Source: Sphyrna mokarran (lineage: Eukaryota). From it: a DNA stretch of 64,000 nt. The notes beneath the pieces were generated by a model. It worked only from the letters and a program-made list of their open reading frames with translations, was not told the DNA's origin and ran no database searches. The stretch is from contig JAGIQG010000019.1 in assembly GCA_024679065.1 (NCBI GenBank), positions 30,380,001-30,444,000 of the forward strand. The letters run 5' to 3'. This document shows positions 61,926 through 64,000 of this stretch, in pieces; position 1 is the first letter of the stretch; each line of letters begins with the position of its first letter. The translations under genes were made by a program, and so were the position numbers.

Positions 61926-64000
61926 TATTGGGCTGAACTTTTCCTGTAATGTCTTTGATGCTCTAAATTTGAATTACAGTGTTTGTCATGTAATTGATGT
62001 AGCTTTTTGTCCCTCTTTTCCTGAAGTCATATCATCCATATGATCGATATATTTTACATGATAATCATTACTGAGTGCAAATGGGAAGAGATATACTTTG
62101 TTGATACGTTGAGGGTTGAGTACGAATAATGTGCAACTTTTTATAATTCAGGACTTTGAAGTAACAATAACCTACTTGGGCTATCATATGTTATTGGGGT
62201 AGACTATACTTCAGTGTGGAGAGGGTAACCTTCACAGGTCATGCAAAACTACGCTTGACTTCACTGGACTGGACATGGAGCTGCAGCCAAATGGAGTGTT
62301 TATATCATACTTGAAATTTTAGCAATGAAACCAAGTATCTCAAAACTGTCTCTGTATTCTTTGCAGCAAGAACAATGGTGTTTCCATTAGTCTACTGGAT
62401 AGATGATTTATTCATATTTCCATTTTGGAAATAATCCAAAATGGTCTTTTTGGTTGCAACAGAAAGATGATCATTGAATGATTCTTTGGTAGGCAGGTTA
62501 GTTTAGTTGGCCACATGGCTAATGTTGATTCTGAATAATACCAACAGCGGGGGTCAACTCCTGTTCTGGCTGGGGTAAATTTGGAAACTGCCTCCTTCAC
62601 CCTGTGTGAAAATGGAAGGTATTGGTAAACCACCGATCACTAACAGAAGAAATAGCTCAAACTGAAGCATCAATAGACAATGAGACAAAGACATGTTTTT
62701 GGACAGAATCCAATAGGAGGGTATCATGCTCGACAACAATCTCTTTTCTAATGCTATCACTTTGAAAATATATACTAACAGAAACAACAAATATGACATA
62801 TATGATAATAGCAAGAGACAACTGCCCTTTCAATCGTAAAGATTACGGTCTCTACTATAACTCTGACGCCTAGCTACTAATCAAGGACATTTTCATAACC
62901 CTTATTTGTAAAGGTGATTTCTGAGAGAACTTTGAGAACATTAACCATTTTCCTTCTTTTACATAAGAAAAAGCAATGAAATATAAATACAACCCAGCGC
63001 ATCTTTCAGGTTCCAAAGATAAATCCTTTCAATTTTTCTTTATTCCAGAAGTAGTCACATATATACAGAATATACATGATAATTTGTAATATTGCTACTG
63101 TATATCCCTCTGTTATATAAATAGGATCGACATAGTCTAATCCATTTGAATTAAACTCTCCCAATATCCCAATGTGACAATATTACCTGTCACATGAGAC
63201 ATTATCCTTTGAATTGCAACACCAGGCTATGCCACCTATGCCTTTATTATTCACGTCTTTTGTGTTCACCAGTCTCACCACTGAAGAACTAAGAAGAATG
63301 ACAGTAGACAACTCTAAACATAACCTTGCATGTTTCATAAAGAATGAAAAAAAATCCATTTAAAACAAAATATCTTGGTTGTGGATTGTTCTAATATTTG
63401 ACTGGACCAGTTAATGACATCATTAAAACCCCTTAACTCACTTATTACCTCTATATCATTTTCTTTCATTATCCCATATTCAACATCATAAAGCTATCTT
63501 CTTTTATGGATTATTGAATTTGTCTTTTGCAGGAAGAAATGATGTGATTGATGTAGCATGCAGCCACAAAGTCAAACCTTCAACCAGAAGTTGTCCCTAA
63601 ATTACTCATAATGGAATGTCCTTCCTGCAAGGAGAGCATCAGCAGAACATCCTAATAAAGAATAATTTATTTTTAAGAAATCACTTTTGATTTCTAAATT
63701 CACAGCCATCTAATATTATAGATTTACAATTAAACAGGAAACAGAATCAGACTGACCTCCTCCAGGTGACTGTTGAGGTAAATCTTTTGGCCATTGCCTT
63801 GACACATGTTACTGTGCTGGAAGTGTTTCTCTATGCAGGAGAGGCTGGGTCAACATGTAAGCAAAGGCCTAAGTACAGAAGTACTCACTGTTGCTTCGTT
63901 CCTTCAAAGGAATTTGGCAGGCCTTTAACTGTTGTTCCAGAGTCAATTGCAGCCCTCTTCTGGCAGGTGTATGGTCAGAGTGCAACACTCAAGGTGTACC

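Noticed and set aside
61572-64000. Preceding RELN exon
   Set aside because: No matching translation found; region appears intronic.

Overview
Eukaryotic, AT-rich vertebrate DNA. The repeat content (HE1/V-SINEs, CR1 LINEs with (GTTCTAT)n tails, Deu-SINEs, Penelope relics) points to a shark or ray. The whole window lies inside the reelin gene (RELN) on the minus strand. I traced 14 consecutive GT-AG coding exons (61571 down to 11136; 2505 nt, in frame), matching human exons ~21-34 as I recall them, i.e. most of reelin repeat 2, repeat 3 and half of repeat 4. The introns are full of transposon copies. Most notable: (i) a young CR1 LINE family, one copy with an intact 968-aa endonuclease-RT ORF2, whose 3' UTR carries a captured, decayed V-SINE (three copies here); (ii) an intact minimal hammerhead ribozyme from a Penelope-like element, in RELN sense, ~150 nt upstream of an exon, plus several decayed relatives; (iii) two similar CR1 copies in opposite orientation bracketing four RELN exons; (iv) a divergent N-terminal proteolytic cleavage region of reelin. 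Exon boundaries were read to the base; repeat boundaries are approximate, and family names and human comparisons come from memory, not from a search.
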